From a virus: a stretch of 64,000 nucleotides of DNA. A program made the translations under genes and the position numbers. Under the pieces are notes generated by a model. That model was not told the DNA's origin. It did not search any database and was given only the letters and a program-made list of their open reading frames with translations. The DNA is taken from IMG/VR virus record IMGVR_UViG_3300028615_000137, positions 1-64,000 of that record. One strand, written 5' to 3'. Positions 26,261-36,808 of the stretch are shown piece by piece (position 1 is the stretch's first letter; each line of letters starts with the position of its first letter).

Positions 26261-26479
26261 ATGGCTACTGTAAATAGCAAGTTTGGTCGTGCGGGAGCAA
26301 ATCTAGGCTCTGGTCAGCCACGACTATCGGCCGTTTTGGTCGATTTGGCCACCGATCTGGATGCCATCTTCACCAATTTTGATGCTCTGTTGGCTAAGTT
26401 GGATTCAGACGCCGGTGTTACTGATACAGATTACGCTTCCACCCTTGCCGTGGGCAATCCGAATCACCAGTCAGAGTAA
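26261..26479 (+). CDS. Small head decoration/fibre-like protein
   Basis: FDALLAKLD.DAGVTDTDYA motif after MCP; RBS aagga. Confidence 0.6.
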   Translation: MATVNSKFGRAGANLGSGQPRLSAVLVDLATDLDAIFTNFDALLAKLDSDAGVTDTDYASTLAVGNPNHQSE

Positions 26480-26495
26480 TTGACTTTTTAAATGC

Positions 26496-26544
26496 AAATA
26501 GTTATTGTTATTTCATCAAATAGCAATAACTATTTTTTTTTTTT
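26496..26544 (+). terminator. Terminator-like hairpin
   Basis: aaatagttattgttattt-catc-aaatagcaataactattt + poly-T. Confidence 0.7.
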
Positions 26545-26558
26545 CTTAAAGGGGAACA

Positions 26559-26915
26559 ATGAAGCGACAAAAAGAAGAAGCTTATAAGCTAGTTAGAATT
26601 AAGCCTTACAACAAGGCCATGAATCATTTAGTTCGGCGGTATACTACCGAAGGATTCGTGTTTCGTGAAGACGCTGGTTGGTATGCGGTACCTGCTAGTG
26701 TGGCCAATAGATTGGCGAACCATTTGCAAAATCCTAATCTTCCTTCTGGTCCAAAAGTTTTCGATATCGTGAACGATCGCGAAGAAGCCAAGGCACTCGA
26801 AAAAAAGATTGCTGAAGAGACGAAGCAAGTTGAACGAGGTACGGTCGAAGAGCCTATTCGTGTTCATATGGCTCGCCCCGGACGCAAGTCAAATAAGGGT
26901 AAGAAGGGGGAATAA
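26559..26915 (+). CDS. Hypothetical protein
   Basis: ORF, RBS agggg. Confidence 0.75.
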   Translation: MKRQKEEAYKLVRIKPYNKAMNHLVRRYTTEGFVFREDAGWYAVPASVANRLANHLQNPNLPSGPKVFDIVNDREEAKALEKKIAEETKQVERGTVEEPIRVHMARPGRKSNKGKKGE

Positions 26916-26917
26916 TT

Positions 26918-27088
26918 ATGACCAAGGAATGGTTGGAAGAGCAAATTAAAAATTGTTTAGACGCTTCCGAAGCTTACGAAAAGCAAGCTGTAAAACTTCG
27001 CGACGAAGCCAAACATCAATTTGGTATGGCCAAAGCTTACAGCGAAATGCACAAAAAGCTTACCGAAGAAGAAAGTTCCGATAGCTAA
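26918..27088 (+). CDS. Small hypothetical protein (56 aa)
   Basis: Manual: MTKEWLEEQIKNCLDASEAYEKQAVKLRDEAKHQFGMAKAYSEMHKKLTEEESSDS*. Confidence 0.6.
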   Translation: MTKEWLEEQIKNCLDASEAYEKQAVKLRDEAKHQFGMAKAYSEMHKKLTEEESSDS

Positions 27089-27165
27089 AAAATTGGCGTT
27101 TTTATAAAAAATCGACCTATAATTATTTTAGAACGTTCCTATAAAGGGGAGAAAATGAGTTAAAA

Positions 27166-28752
27166 ATGGGTCGAACTTTTATACGTCAAGTGTCTCAGAT
27201 CCAAGGCTCTGACACCTATGATGATACTTTAGCGGCTGGTTCTACACTAGAATCTAACGCCGCCGACTTGGAAGCGGATCTTAACGGTCTTCGTTCACAA
27301 GTTGAAAAAATTATTGATAATACCGGTAACTGGTATGACGCGCTCGCTACGGTCAATTCGAAGCAGCGTTCTTTGAAAGATCTTAATACGGATCTAGACG
27401 ACATCGAAGAAAAGCGACTTATCTGTCCAGTTCAGGTTCTGACTAATATTACTGTTCCCGCTTCGCAGAATTATGTCGTCCTCTCACAGGCCGGCGCAGA
27501 AACTCCTTCTGATGTGGCTGCTGTAGATGGTGGCACAGCTTTGGGTGCCATCGTTGCTACTTTGGCTGGCGATGTCGGCACAGCCGCTACTACCGAAGTT
27601 GCCGGCTCCAATGCTCTATCGCCCAAGAACTTGGTAATTATTCGCGATGCAACTACCAAGGATGCAATCACGAGTTCAAACGGTTACGAGATTTTTGGTT
27701 TAATTCAAGCCGAAAACGGTGTTATCGACGGCGATGCTTTCAACGACATAGATCACCAAGTCCAAATTTCTTTCGTAGAAAATGATGGCTCTGACGATCT
27801 AACCCTTGTTGCGGCTGGCGACATCGAGAATAAGGTAATCGAATATGTCTACGGCAAGCGTATTACTCTTGATACGTTGCCTGAGCAATGTTCGTTCCCG
27901 CCGGTTCAGTTCTCTGACCAAGTTGCTTCTGTTGACGTTACTTTGGATAACGCAATTGATAACCAGGGCGCCACTGTGGCTACACAAGATACCAATATTT
28001 CCATCAAGCTAGATACTGCTGGCGTTTACTGGGAGTGGCAAGACGATCTTTCGGCTAGCCTTTTCCGTGTGACCGAAGGCTCCGCTGGCGGAACTAGCGA
28101 CGTCACTATTGGTTCTGACGTCGACACCTACAATAACAATGCTATCGACGTCGATTTCGACAACGGAATTTCCGTTGATACTGGTGCTGCTGGTACTACA
28201 ATTAACATTGGAGTCACTGCCAATCAGATCGATGCTGGCGGTGTTCTTAGTATTCTTTCTGGTGGTGGCGCCGATCTTAGTTTGGCAGCTGCTCTAGAAT
28301 TGAATCTTACAGATAGCTATCGTGCGGGTTCTACTTGGTCTTTGGCCGATGGTATTGCTCTTGCGAATAGTTCGGCTGAATGGTCAGCTTTCGAAACGGC
28401 ATTTGGCGAGGTTTCTCTTCTCAATGCTATCGAACAAGCTAAGACTAGTTCATCTGCTGCCAAGTACGTTGCTGTATTGACTGCCGCTGTTCCTGCTGAC
28501 ACTAACGTTACAGGTGCAGGCGGTTCACCAAACTTAGACGCACAGCTTGGCGACTATAGCGGTGTTACCTTTGTCGATGATGTCGACGTTTTCCTGAACG
28601 GCGTATTGCTTCGCAATGGTGCAAATGCCGCGGCAAATAACGATGTCTACCCTGGCGATACCCCGGCCGACGGCGATCTTAAATTCGAGTTTGCTGTTAC
28701 CAACGCCGGTGATACTCCTGATGTCATTACCATGATGATTCGCGGTGGCTAA
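27166..28752 (+). CDS. Virion structural protein (acidic, beta-rich)
   Basis: D/T/G/A-rich, capsid-like codon bias, C-terminal DVFLNGVLL module. Confidence 0.75.
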   Translation: MGRTFIRQVSQIQGSDTYDDTLAAGSTLESNAADLEADLNGLRSQVEKIIDNTGNWYDALATVNSKQRSLKDLNTDLDDIEEKRLICPVQVLTNITVPASQNYVVLSQAGAETPSDVAAVDGGTALGAIVATLAGDVGTAATTEVAGSNALSPKNLVIIRDATTKDAITSSNGYEIFGLIQAENGVIDGDAFNDIDHQVQISFVENDGSDDLTLVAAGDIENKVIEYVYGKRITLDTLPEQCSFPPVQFSDQVASVDVTLDNAIDNQGATVATQDTNISIKLDTAGVYWEWQDDLSASLFRVTEGSAGGTSDVTIGSDVDTYNNNAIDVDFDNGISVDTGAAGTTINIGVTANQIDAGGVLSILSGGGADLSLAAALELNLTDSYRAGSTWSLADGIALANSSAEWSAFETAFGEVSLLNAIEQAKTSSSAAKYVAVLTAAVPADTNVTGAGGSPNLDAQLGDYSGVTFVDDVDVFLNGVLLRNGANAAANNDVYPGDTPADGDLKFEFAVTNAGDTPDVITMMIRGG

Positions 28753-28787
28753 TTTTTAGCCTAAAAAGCTAAAAAATATATAAGAAA

Positions 28788-28823
28788 AGGCCTAGAAGGT
28801 AAACTTATCTTCTAGGCTTTTTT
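28788..28823 (+). terminator. Rho-independent terminator
   Basis: gcctagaag-loop-cttctaggc + TTTTTT. Confidence 0.8.
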
Positions 28824-28858
28824 GCGTTATTATTACATTAAAGAAAGGGGTATATTCG

Positions 28859-29419
28859 ATGAATATCGATAAAGCTGAGTTGCAAAAAATGCTGCTCAAT
28901 AATATGGGCGCAGATGTCGAAGACAGAAAAGATGCAGCCCAAAAGGAATTAAATCAATATGAAGGCGGTATAAGCGCTCTTAGAACCGCCAAAACAAATA
29001 TTGAACAGCTTCATGAACATTTGAAGTTAGACGTCAGAGAAGGCCGTATAAGCGGACTAATTGACCCTGTAGATGTTGAAAAAGAAGTTCATAAATGGAT
29101 TAACAGGGCAGCTGATATTGTCGAAAATTTGGCACTTGGCTCCGAAACTAGGAAGTTGCAAACTATGGGTCGAGTAATGGCACTCGACGATATGGTTTTG
29201 ATTCATTCGAAGAAAATTGAAGAAATTGACCGTAAGTTAGCGAATTACAAGAAATATTTAGAAAGTGCTTCAGAAAATAGTGAAGTTTCTGAAAATTCTG
29301 GAATTCCTAGAAAAAGACCAGATGGTGTTCATCCAGGAAATCCCATAGCAGAACGCAAAAAGAAAAGTACAAAGAGAAAATCTTCTAGGAAAAAGACAGA
29401 AAAAACGACTGAAAGTTAA
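28859..29419 (+). CDS. Coiled-coil hypothetical protein
   Basis: ORF, RBS agggg; basic tail. Confidence 0.7.
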   Translation: MNIDKAELQKMLLNNMGADVEDRKDAAQKELNQYEGGISALRTAKTNIEQLHEHLKLDVREGRISGLIDPVDVEKEVHKWINRAADIVENLALGSETRKLQTMGRVMALDDMVLIHSKKIEEIDRKLANYKKYLESASENSEVSENSGIPRKRPDGVHPGNPIAERKKKSTKRKSSRKKTEKTTES

Positions 29420-29898
29420 TGCCTCGTACACCAGACAGATTTGGTGGACGGAGAGAAGAAGTCGAAATAACTAATATCACTTCTTTTAATACTGAAGGTC
29501 TCTACTTCACCGGTAACCTAACCAATGGTAATGCTTCGCCCATTACTCAAGGTATGGTTGTCTATATAAGTAATAGTTTGACTGTAGACAAAGCTTTAGC
29601 AAACTCACTAAATTCATCGAATTGGTATGGAATCGTCACAAGTTCTTCCATAGCCCCTTCTTCTAGCGGTTCCATAGCATTCGATGGTGTAGTGGTAATA
29701 CCAAATTCCCGTCAGAGTGGCGAAACTTGGTCATATAACGATAGAATATATGTAAGCCCTAGTACTGCTGGTGATTTGACAAAAATCGTGCCAAATTCAA
29801 GTGGTACTTTCGTGGCGGAAATTGGCATTTGTATAAATACTCCGGGTGGTGGGGATGCAATAGTCGCACTACACCGGAAAGCAATCACAGCAAATTAG
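29419..29898 (+). CDS. Capsid-cement/fibre-anchor-like protein
   Basis: LTN.N....QGMVVYIS...GIV...IYV...AGDLT...IGICINTPGGGDA, paralogous to C-terminus of next gene. Confidence 0.6.
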   Translation: MPRTPDRFGGRREEVEITNITSFNTEGLYFTGNLTNGNASPITQGMVVYISNSLTVDKALANSLNSSNWYGIVTSSSIAPSSSGSIAFDGVVVIPNSRQSGETWSYNDRIYVSPSTAGDLTKIVPNSSGTFVAEIGICINTPGGGDAIVALHRKAITAN

Positions 29899-29905
29899 GT
29901 AAAAA

Positions 29906-32641
29906 ATGACTAAGCTTTTAGAGTTTGATTCTTCATTAGGCATTAACACTATTGTAGATCATGTAACTTTGGCCGAGGTATCGGATCCAGGTACTGTAGC
30001 AGATACCGGATTTATCTACGCCAAAGACGTTTCCGGCGCTACGGAATTGTTTTATTATGACGATAGTGGTCAAAGTGTCCAAATTACTGACAACGGTTCG
30101 GTTATTGTCGGTTCGCATGCTGCTAGCCATATACAAGGTGGTAGCGATGAAGTCGACGGAGATCAACTGGATATTGATTTTACTCCTAGCAATTACTCTC
30201 CTGATACTACTCCAGGCGAAGTAAGTGATGTCGATCATTTATCGGCTCATTTAGCGGGCATTGATAATGCCTTGCCGAAAGCTGCCGGTAACGGTAGTTA
30301 CATTTTTGGTACGCTTTCTGGCGACCAATCTACTGGTTTGACAAATGGCGATCCCATTCAGTGGGATACCGACAGTTCGTCTGCTGGTAATGATATTACC
30401 CTGGATGGAGTAACTAATGTTGGTCGTTTTACGCTGGCAGCCGGTAAAACATATAAGCTGTCTGCTATGTTACAGGCAGTTTTCAGCGGTTCAAGTGGAA
30501 CTGCAACTTTTCAATGGTATAACGTAACTGGCGCTGCTTATATTGGTAAGCAGCATACCGCTGTACCAATGAATTCGACAAATTTGTCGAATATTGCTTC
30601 TCCGGCAGTTGCTTACGTTACTCCTTCCGTTAGTACGGATGTAGAACTTCGTCTTAACGGCATTCCTACATCGCTAAGTTCTATTGAATCTGACACGTCT
30701 TGGGCTACGATTGAAGCCGTCCATGGCAATGGGCTATTCGCGGGCAGTTACCTATATGCTAGTATGACCGTCAACAGCCAATCGATTTCTAACGGTGGTA
30801 CTATTGAATACGATGAAGTACTCAATAGCAACGGCGATAGTATTTCGTTGGATACATCGACCAATGTCGGTCGATTTACCTTGTCTGGCGGTCGTAATTA
30901 TAGAATTACTACTCAAATTGCTGCTACACATACTGGTGATAACACCGTAGTTCACTGGAATTTGTATAGTGTAACCGGCGCAGCTGTTATAGGTAATTGC
31001 GTCGGTATGACTGCTAAGGGCAATGTTGGTGGTCCAGACGACCCCAGATCGAATGCTCCCATATTGAGTTATGTCGTTTCGCCTACGACAGATACCGAAT
31101 ACGAAATCCGTATGAACGGTACGGGAGCCGATGCTGTTTATGGTCTGCCCACTTGGTTGATGGTAGAAGAAATTGCCCAACCAATGGAAGAGAAGAGCTA
31201 CACATTTGCTGTTCTTTCCGGCGATCAAAGTTCTTTTCTTGGCGCTAACGATCCCGTTCAATTTGATACAGATTCGTATGCACAGGGTAATGCTATCGGC
31301 GCAGTCAGCTCAAATAGTTGGACCCTTGAAGCTGATAGAAGTTATGTGTTGAAGGCGCATCTTTCTGCTGTATTTAGTGGTGCTACTGGCGTTCTTGAAT
31401 ATCAATGGTACGACACTACGAATACAACATTTATTGGTAAGAAAGCCGTTCTTCGAGCACAAACCAATACAACAGATGCCAACTCCAATGAAGAGGCTAT
31501 GGCGGTATTCCAGCCTGGAAGTGCCGTGACCGTAGAATTGAGAGTTGTCGCTAGCACTGCTATTACTTTGGTAGAATCGGACGAGTCTTGGGCTACTATC
31601 GAGACGATTGACGGCGTTGCTGGTGGTGGGATTAATCACGCTACTACACATCTACTTGGCGGAAACGACGAGATTGATGCTGACCAACTCGGAATTGATT
31701 TTACTCCCAGTAACTATACTCCTTCTGTTACACCCGCCGAAGTCGACGATCTAGATCATCTTACAGCCCACCTTGCGGGTATTGACGATGCTCTTGCTGC
31801 TGGTTCGGGCGATGTCAACGGCCCCGGTTCTTCGACTGACAATTCTATTGTCCGTTGGGACGGAACCTCTGGCGATACTATCCAGAATTCTGGCGTTTCG
31901 ATCGATGATTCGAATAACCTTGTGCTCCCTGGTTCGATGCGACTGGGAGAGGTTTCGGATCCGACAAACGTTGCCGATACCGGCTTTGTTTACGTAAAAG
32001 ATGATGGTGGTGACACCGAACTTTACTTCATGGACGATGGTGGCGCTGTTGTTCAACTTACCAACGACGGTACTCTTGTTGACCACGCTTCTGCCCATAT
32101 TCAGGGTGGAACCGATGAAATTGATGGCGACCAGTTAGATATCGACTTTACTCCCACTAACTACTCTCCTGATACTACTCCAGGCGAAGTAAGTGATGTT
32201 GACCATCTTAGCGCACATCTTGCCGGTATCGATAACGCTTTGGCTGGCGTCGATAATACCATTACTCTTACTAACGATAATGCTAGTGCTGCTACACAAG
32301 GCATGGTCGTGTATATCAGCGGGGACGGTTCTTTCGACTTGGCGGATGCCGATGCCGCGTCAACAGCAAGAGCTTTTGGTATTGTTGCAGATGCTAGTAT
32401 CGCTTCGGCTGGTTCTGGTGAAGTCGCTTACACTGGCACGGCGACTGTTCCTTCTGCAAGACAAAACGGCGTTTGGACCGCGGGCGATCGAATTTATGTC
32501 GATACGACGGCTGGTGATATGACCAACAGCGCGCCTACCGCAGGCGGAACTTATGTGGCCATGATTGGTATTTGTATCAATACTCCTGGTGGTGGCGATG
32601 CTACCGTAGCAATTGTGAGAGAGCCGCTTATCGCCAACTAA
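29906..32641 (+). CDS. Large modular virion fibre protein
   Basis: Three His/Asp-rich repeats, three beta-sandwich (C1q/BclA-like) repeats, C-terminal cement-like domain. Confidence 0.75.
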   Translation: MTKLLEFDSSLGINTIVDHVTLAEVSDPGTVADTGFIYAKDVSGATELFYYDDSGQSVQITDNGSVIVGSHAASHIQGGSDEVDGDQLDIDFTPSNYSPDTTPGEVSDVDHLSAHLAGIDNALPKAAGNGSYIFGTLSGDQSTGLTNGDPIQWDTDSSSAGNDITLDGVTNVGRFTLAAGKTYKLSAMLQAVFSGSSGTATFQWYNVTGAAYIGKQHTAVPMNSTNLSNIASPAVAYVTPSVSTDVELRLNGIPTSLSSIESDTSWATIEAVHGNGLFAGSYLYASMTVNSQSISNGGTIEYDEVLNSNGDSISLDTSTNVGRFTLSGGRNYRITTQIAATHTGDNTVVHWNLYSVTGAAVIGNCVGMTAKGNVGGPDDPRSNAPILSYVVSPTTDTEYEIRMNGTGADAVYGLPTWLMVEEIAQPMEEKSYTFAVLSGDQSSFLGANDPVQFDTDSYAQGNAIGAVSSNSWTLEADRSYVLKAHLSAVFSGATGVLEYQWYDTTNTTFIGKKAVLRAQTNTTDANSNEEAMAVFQPGSAVTVELRVVASTAITLVESDESWATIETIDGVAGGGINHATTHLLGGNDEIDADQLGIDFTPSNYTPSVTPAEVDDLDHLTAHLAGIDDALAAGSGDVNGPGSSTDNSIVRWDGTSGDTIQNSGVSIDDSNNLVLPGSMRLGEVSDPTNVADTGFVYVKDDGGDTELYFMDDGGAVVQLTNDGTLVDHASAHIQGGTDEIDGDQLDIDFTPTNYSPDTTPGEVSDVDHLSAHLAGIDNALAGVDNTITLTNDNASAATQGMVVYISGDGSFDLADADAASTARAFGIVADASIASAGSGEVAYTGTATVPSARQNGVWTAGDRIYVDTTAGDMTNSAPTAGGTYVAMIGICINTPGGGDATVAIVREPLIAN

Positions 32642-32669
32642 TTTTTGTAAAAACTATTACGTAAAATTA

Positions 32670-32703
32670 GACAGCGGTAGTTCTTTATAGGGTTACCGCT
32701 GTC
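32670..32703 (+). terminator. Hairpin (terminator or processing signal)
   Basis: gacagcggtagttct-ttat-agggttaccgctgtc; weak T-tail. Confidence 0.55.
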
Positions 32704-32715
32704 GTTCTATAAACT

Positions 32716-33720
32716 ATGACCAAACAATTAGAATATGATGCTACTTTGGGTGTGTATAGGGCACGCGAAGAATCTTCTCTACAAGAAACTTCCGACCCAA
32801 CCAACGCAAGCGATACAGGGTTTATTTACACAAAAGACGTAAGTGGCAGCACAGAATTATTCTACATTGACGATTCGGGTAATGTTACGCAATTAACCGA
32901 CAGTGGTAAACTGTACGGACCAATTGATATACCATCTGGAACTTCTAATTTATTTTCTGGAGCAGAAATTGATTTTAATAGCGGCTCTACAGTACATTTT
33001 AATGCCGCTGGTGCAAATGTATGTTTCCATAATGGTTTTGATGTCGACGGTGGTTTAGCTAGAGTATTTAATGGAGCTGAATTGCAAATAAATTCTGACG
33101 GCATATTTGATTGCAATGCTTTGGGCTCTAACGTGACTTTTGCCAACGGTTTAACCATTGAAAATGCCGATTTAGATTTGGAAAGTACAGCTAGGATCGA
33201 CGCCAAGAGCGGTTCGATAATTCAAATCGATTCTGGAGCCTTTTTAGACTGTAATGGAAATATTGAAGATATAAGCTTTGCAAATGGATTTATTTTCGAA
33301 AATAGAATCAACGATCCTTCAGCACCGGAATCTAATATAGGGCTGTTATATTCAAGAACCAAAAACACTATAATGGAATTATTTTTCATGGATAGCGAAG
33401 GTCAGATTTCGCAATTAACAGCGAATGGAGCCTTGGTAAAATGGAATGTAACAGATACAAAGACTACAAATTATACCGCTGACTTTGACGATTTTGTAAA
33501 AACGGACAGTACGAGCGGTGGATTTACTATAACTTTACCAGAACAAACAAATGATAGTTCTACAGGAACGGAAATTTGCGTCTGGAACATAGCAGGAACC
33601 AATACGGTTACAGTTGCTGCTAGTGGTAGTGACACCATAAACGGACCAACAACTTTGAATGCCGTAGACGACAGCATCAAATACGTTTCCGATGGCAATG
33701 GTAACTGGTACGGGAGGTAA
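32716..33720 (+). CDS. Virion fibre protein
   Basis: Shares E.SDP...DTGFIY.KDVSG.TELFY.DDSG module; C-terminal TKTTNYTA...FTITLP...SDGNGNW fibre motif. Confidence 0.7.
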   Translation: MTKQLEYDATLGVYRAREESSLQETSDPTNASDTGFIYTKDVSGSTELFYIDDSGNVTQLTDSGKLYGPIDIPSGTSNLFSGAEIDFNSGSTVHFNAAGANVCFHNGFDVDGGLARVFNGAELQINSDGIFDCNALGSNVTFANGLTIENADLDLESTARIDAKSGSIIQIDSGAFLDCNGNIEDISFANGFIFENRINDPSAPESNIGLLYSRTKNTIMELFFMDSEGQISQLTANGALVKWNVTDTKTTNYTADFDDFVKTDSTSGGFTITLPEQTNDSSTGTEICVWNIAGTNTVTVAASGSDTINGPTTLNAVDDSIKYVSDGNGNWYGR

Positions 33721-33723
33721 CAA

Positions 33724-34134
33724 ATGAGCTTTGGTAGTGGTTATTTTGGAAGTGGTGCTATGGGCAGCACTGGAGTTAGTAGCGGCTCCCCTTGCTCGGG
33801 TTCCAGCGACTGTAATGATCCGTTACCTCCTGTAGTAAACAATTTTGTTCCGCCAAATTTTTCGGAAATAACTCCAGAACAATTGATTCAATTTGACGTA
33901 ACAGACAACAAAATTTTTAGAGCAATTTTTGTAGTTGCGGGTTATGCAAGCACTGGCTTATACGAAATTGTTCACGATGGAACGAATTTTTCCCCATTTT
34001 ATCAGGCTGGTTCTACTAGAAGTATTATTCCCAATGGATTTCGATACTTTGTAAAAAGATTTAATGGTTGGCCTAGTAGCCCGATTATTAGGGTATATGC
34101 TATCGACGGTGGCGGAAATCAAGCAATTCCGTAA
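33724..34134 (+). CDS. Hypothetical virion protein
   Basis: ORF in structural block. Confidence 0.65.
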   Translation: MSFGSGYFGSGAMGSTGVSSGSPCSGSSDCNDPLPPVVNNFVPPNFSEITPEQLIQFDVTDNKIFRAIFVVAGYASTGLYEIVHDGTNFSPFYQAGSTRSIIPNGFRYFVKRFNGWPSSPIIRVYAIDGGGNQAIP

Positions 34135-34153
34135 TTTATGATAGGATTATAGT

Positions 34154-36808
34154 ATGGGTTTAATGAAAATCGATCAAACGGGATTACCAGCCGGTACTCC
34201 TGGCGAATCTCGTTCTGATGGTCTGGATACCGGAGCGCAAGTTACTCTAACTAGCACTACACCCGGCACTACTCATGAATTCAGATTTTTGTGGCATCCT
34301 ACTGCTGATACAGACGCAGTTTCTAGTTTAGTGCAAACTGGCAGCCCTGAAGTGTGGACATTTAGCCCTACTGCGGGCGTGTACGGAAGCTACCTAATTG
34401 AACTAATCGTAGACGAAGGCTTGGCAACAGAAAGTCGCGAACGAAGAATTTTTGGCATAAGAACGCCAAATCGCGGTCTGTTAATTCCTGCCTGGAACGA
34501 AGGGGCAGACCCCAACGGGTCTTTAGTAAATTTGGGTCCGCTAGTCGTCAAAGCTTCTACCATGAACGAAAACGGTAATGCAACCGGATGGTGGTTAGCT
34601 TTTGAAGAGGCTTTATTAGATTTAGATGATGCTGGCGCGGGTGGCGGTGGAACCGACATCGAAGTTTTGGATGAAGGTGGAAGTCTGACTTCTGCTCTTG
34701 AATCTATAGATTTTGTTGGTACTGGTGTCGAAGCGACGAACGTAGGTGGGGCAGTTACGGTAACTGTAAATCTGCCAGCGGGTTCTCCAATAGAAGCGTT
34801 GGACGAAGATGTTAGTTTGAACGCCGATATCACTTCGCTAAATTTTAAAGGTGAAGGTGTAACGGCAACTAACATAGGTCAAGATATAACAGTAACCGTT
34901 CCTGGCGTTGAAGTCACTCAAAGAAATTTACACGATCTTACTCACGATCCAGAAGGTCTATGGCAATTTAGCCCAAATCCAGATTTAGTAGCTGATTTAC
35001 CTTGGCGTTCTGATGTCAGTCCGAATGATCACGGCGGATTTGGAAACGTGGCAGGAGCGTTAAGAGTAACAAAAGGTCCTGCTCCAAATACTTCCGCATT
35101 GTTTCTAGACGGCGGAACTAGATTAGTAAATTCTGCTGGTGGTACTGAAATTGACCCTCCTTCTGTGGGTGTTGCAATTTCGGTAGAAGCTCTAATCTTT
35201 TTGAACACCTTTGTAGGAACCGGCGAATTTGCTCATATTTTTGAATTTGGTTCTTCTGGCGAGACTTTAAATGACAATGTTCTGTATGGATTACAACTTT
35301 GGCAGAATAACAGATTGATAGCATACTGGGAAACGGGTAATGGTACTCAAAATCAGTTAGTTCCGGCCGATTTGTATGCCCTACCGATTGGAGAATGGAT
35401 ACACGTAGCATTCACAATGAGTGCTGGTGGCGTTGGCAATACTACAGTTAGATTGTATGTCAACGGCGAAATGATAGCCGAAGATACTTCCGCCAACCAT
35501 TCGGACGGTGGGGTAAACGGCAAACTATATATCGGCGGAAGTGTAGAGTCTGGAGCGGATTTCTTTAGCGGCTGCTTGTCGTCTCTCAAAGTAATTTATG
35601 GCACAGAATTAACTCCGCAACAGGTAGCTGACGAAGCTAGATTTACCTTACCCGAACAAATAGGTTTGGCGGATGGATTTGCTCCGCGTCTTCATGATAC
35701 TACTCACAATCCTGTCGGTTTATGGCAATTGGATGGTAATCTTCTGGATAGCTCGGGCAATGGCTTAACATTAGATTCTGTCTCAGGCTCCGAACAATAT
35801 GGTTCTGCCGTTTCGAGTAAAAATAGCGCTGCTTATTTTGACGGTTCGACTATTATTTCTCGTTCAATTCACGATTCTATTTTAGCTTTAGATGAAGATG
35901 TTACATTAGAATTATTGTGCTTTCCGGTAGAATTTCAATCGGGCGGTTCTAATCCCGTTGTAGCAAATTTTGGTGCAGTGGGCGAAACTGCCGCTGATAA
36001 CATCCTATACCAAATCTATTTTCAAGCTGCTGCTCCTGGAAATAGACTTAGAGGATTCTGGGAAGCCGGAGCGGGAGGAAACGTTGCCGTATCGCCAGAT
36101 ATGCCAAGAATATTAGCTCCTGGTCGGTGGCATCATATAGCTTTTACCAGAGAAAATGGCCTAGGTAAAATTTATCACAATGGTAAAAAGCTCAAAGAAA
36201 CTGCTGGTACAGAGCCAATAGGCGAAGGTACCAATAGTGTGATGACTTTGGGAGGTTCTGGCGAGACTGGATATGGAAACTTTAAAGGCTTCCTAAGTTC
36301 TGTAAAAGTTATTCCCTTTGCTCTAAACCAAGAACAAATTCTCAAAGAAGTAGAAAGAACTCTGCCAGAAGTTGTATCAAGAACTCCCGTATTACAATTC
36401 GGCGACGACCATAGTATTCAAACGGATATTAGACTTAGACAGACTAGCTTAACTTCTCCGCAAACTGCTCAGACGATGAATTTCAATGTTTCTGAAGATG
36501 GTTGGTATAGAATCGGTTGGTTAATACAACGAAGAATGGATACCACTACAGGACAACTAGAATATTCCATAGACGTAGACGATACGACCAATATTTTCAA
36601 AGCTCCCGGCGGAGAAGATAGAGCTTTGATCGAAGTATCGGACGTCGATAATAGATTATTCGATAGTGGGTTTTCTACAGTATTTTTGACTGCTGGCGCG
36701 CATGTTCTTAAAATTAAGTGGCAAGTCACTTCTGGAGCTACAGCAACTATTTACGAATCTAGGTTGGAAGTATTCAGAACTACTGCCGTTGAACAGGTTA
36801 TTTCCTAA
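34154..36808 (+). CDS. Virion protein with two LamG/concanavalin-A-like lectin domains
   Basis: Two copies of P.GLWQ...ALFLDG/AYFDG...W.H.AFT...LY.NG...IGG...F.G.LSS.KV. Confidence 0.8.
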   Translation: MGLMKIDQTGLPAGTPGESRSDGLDTGAQVTLTSTTPGTTHEFRFLWHPTADTDAVSSLVQTGSPEVWTFSPTAGVYGSYLIELIVDEGLATESRERRIFGIRTPNRGLLIPAWNEGADPNGSLVNLGPLVVKASTMNENGNATGWWLAFEEALLDLDDAGAGGGGTDIEVLDEGGSLTSALESIDFVGTGVEATNVGGAVTVTVNLPAGSPIEALDEDVSLNADITSLNFKGEGVTATNIGQDITVTVPGVEVTQRNLHDLTHDPEGLWQFSPNPDLVADLPWRSDVSPNDHGGFGNVAGALRVTKGPAPNTSALFLDGGTRLVNSAGGTEIDPPSVGVAISVEALIFLNTFVGTGEFAHIFEFGSSGETLNDNVLYGLQLWQNNRLIAYWETGNGTQNQLVPADLYALPIGEWIHVAFTMSAGGVGNTTVRLYVNGEMIAEDTSANHSDGGVNGKLYIGGSVESGADFFSGCLSSLKVIYGTELTPQQVADEARFTLPEQIGLADGFAPRLHDTTHNPVGLWQLDGNLLDSSGNGLTLDSVSGSEQYGSAVSSKNSAAYFDGSTIISRSIHDSILALDEDVTLELLCFPVEFQSGGSNPVVANFGAVGETAADNILYQIYFQAAAPGNRLRGFWEAGAGGNVAVSPDMPRILAPGRWHHIAFTRENGLGKIYHNGKKLKETAGTEPIGEGTNSVMTLGGSGETGYGNFKGFLSSVKVIPFALNQEQILKEVERTLPEVVSRTPVLQFGDDHSIQTDIRLRQTSLTSPQTAQTMNFNVSEDGWYRIGWLIQRRMDTTTGQLEYSIDVDDTTNIFKAPGGEDRALIEVSDVDNRLFDSGFSTVFLTAGAHVLKIKWQVTSGATATIYESRLEVFRTTAVEQVIS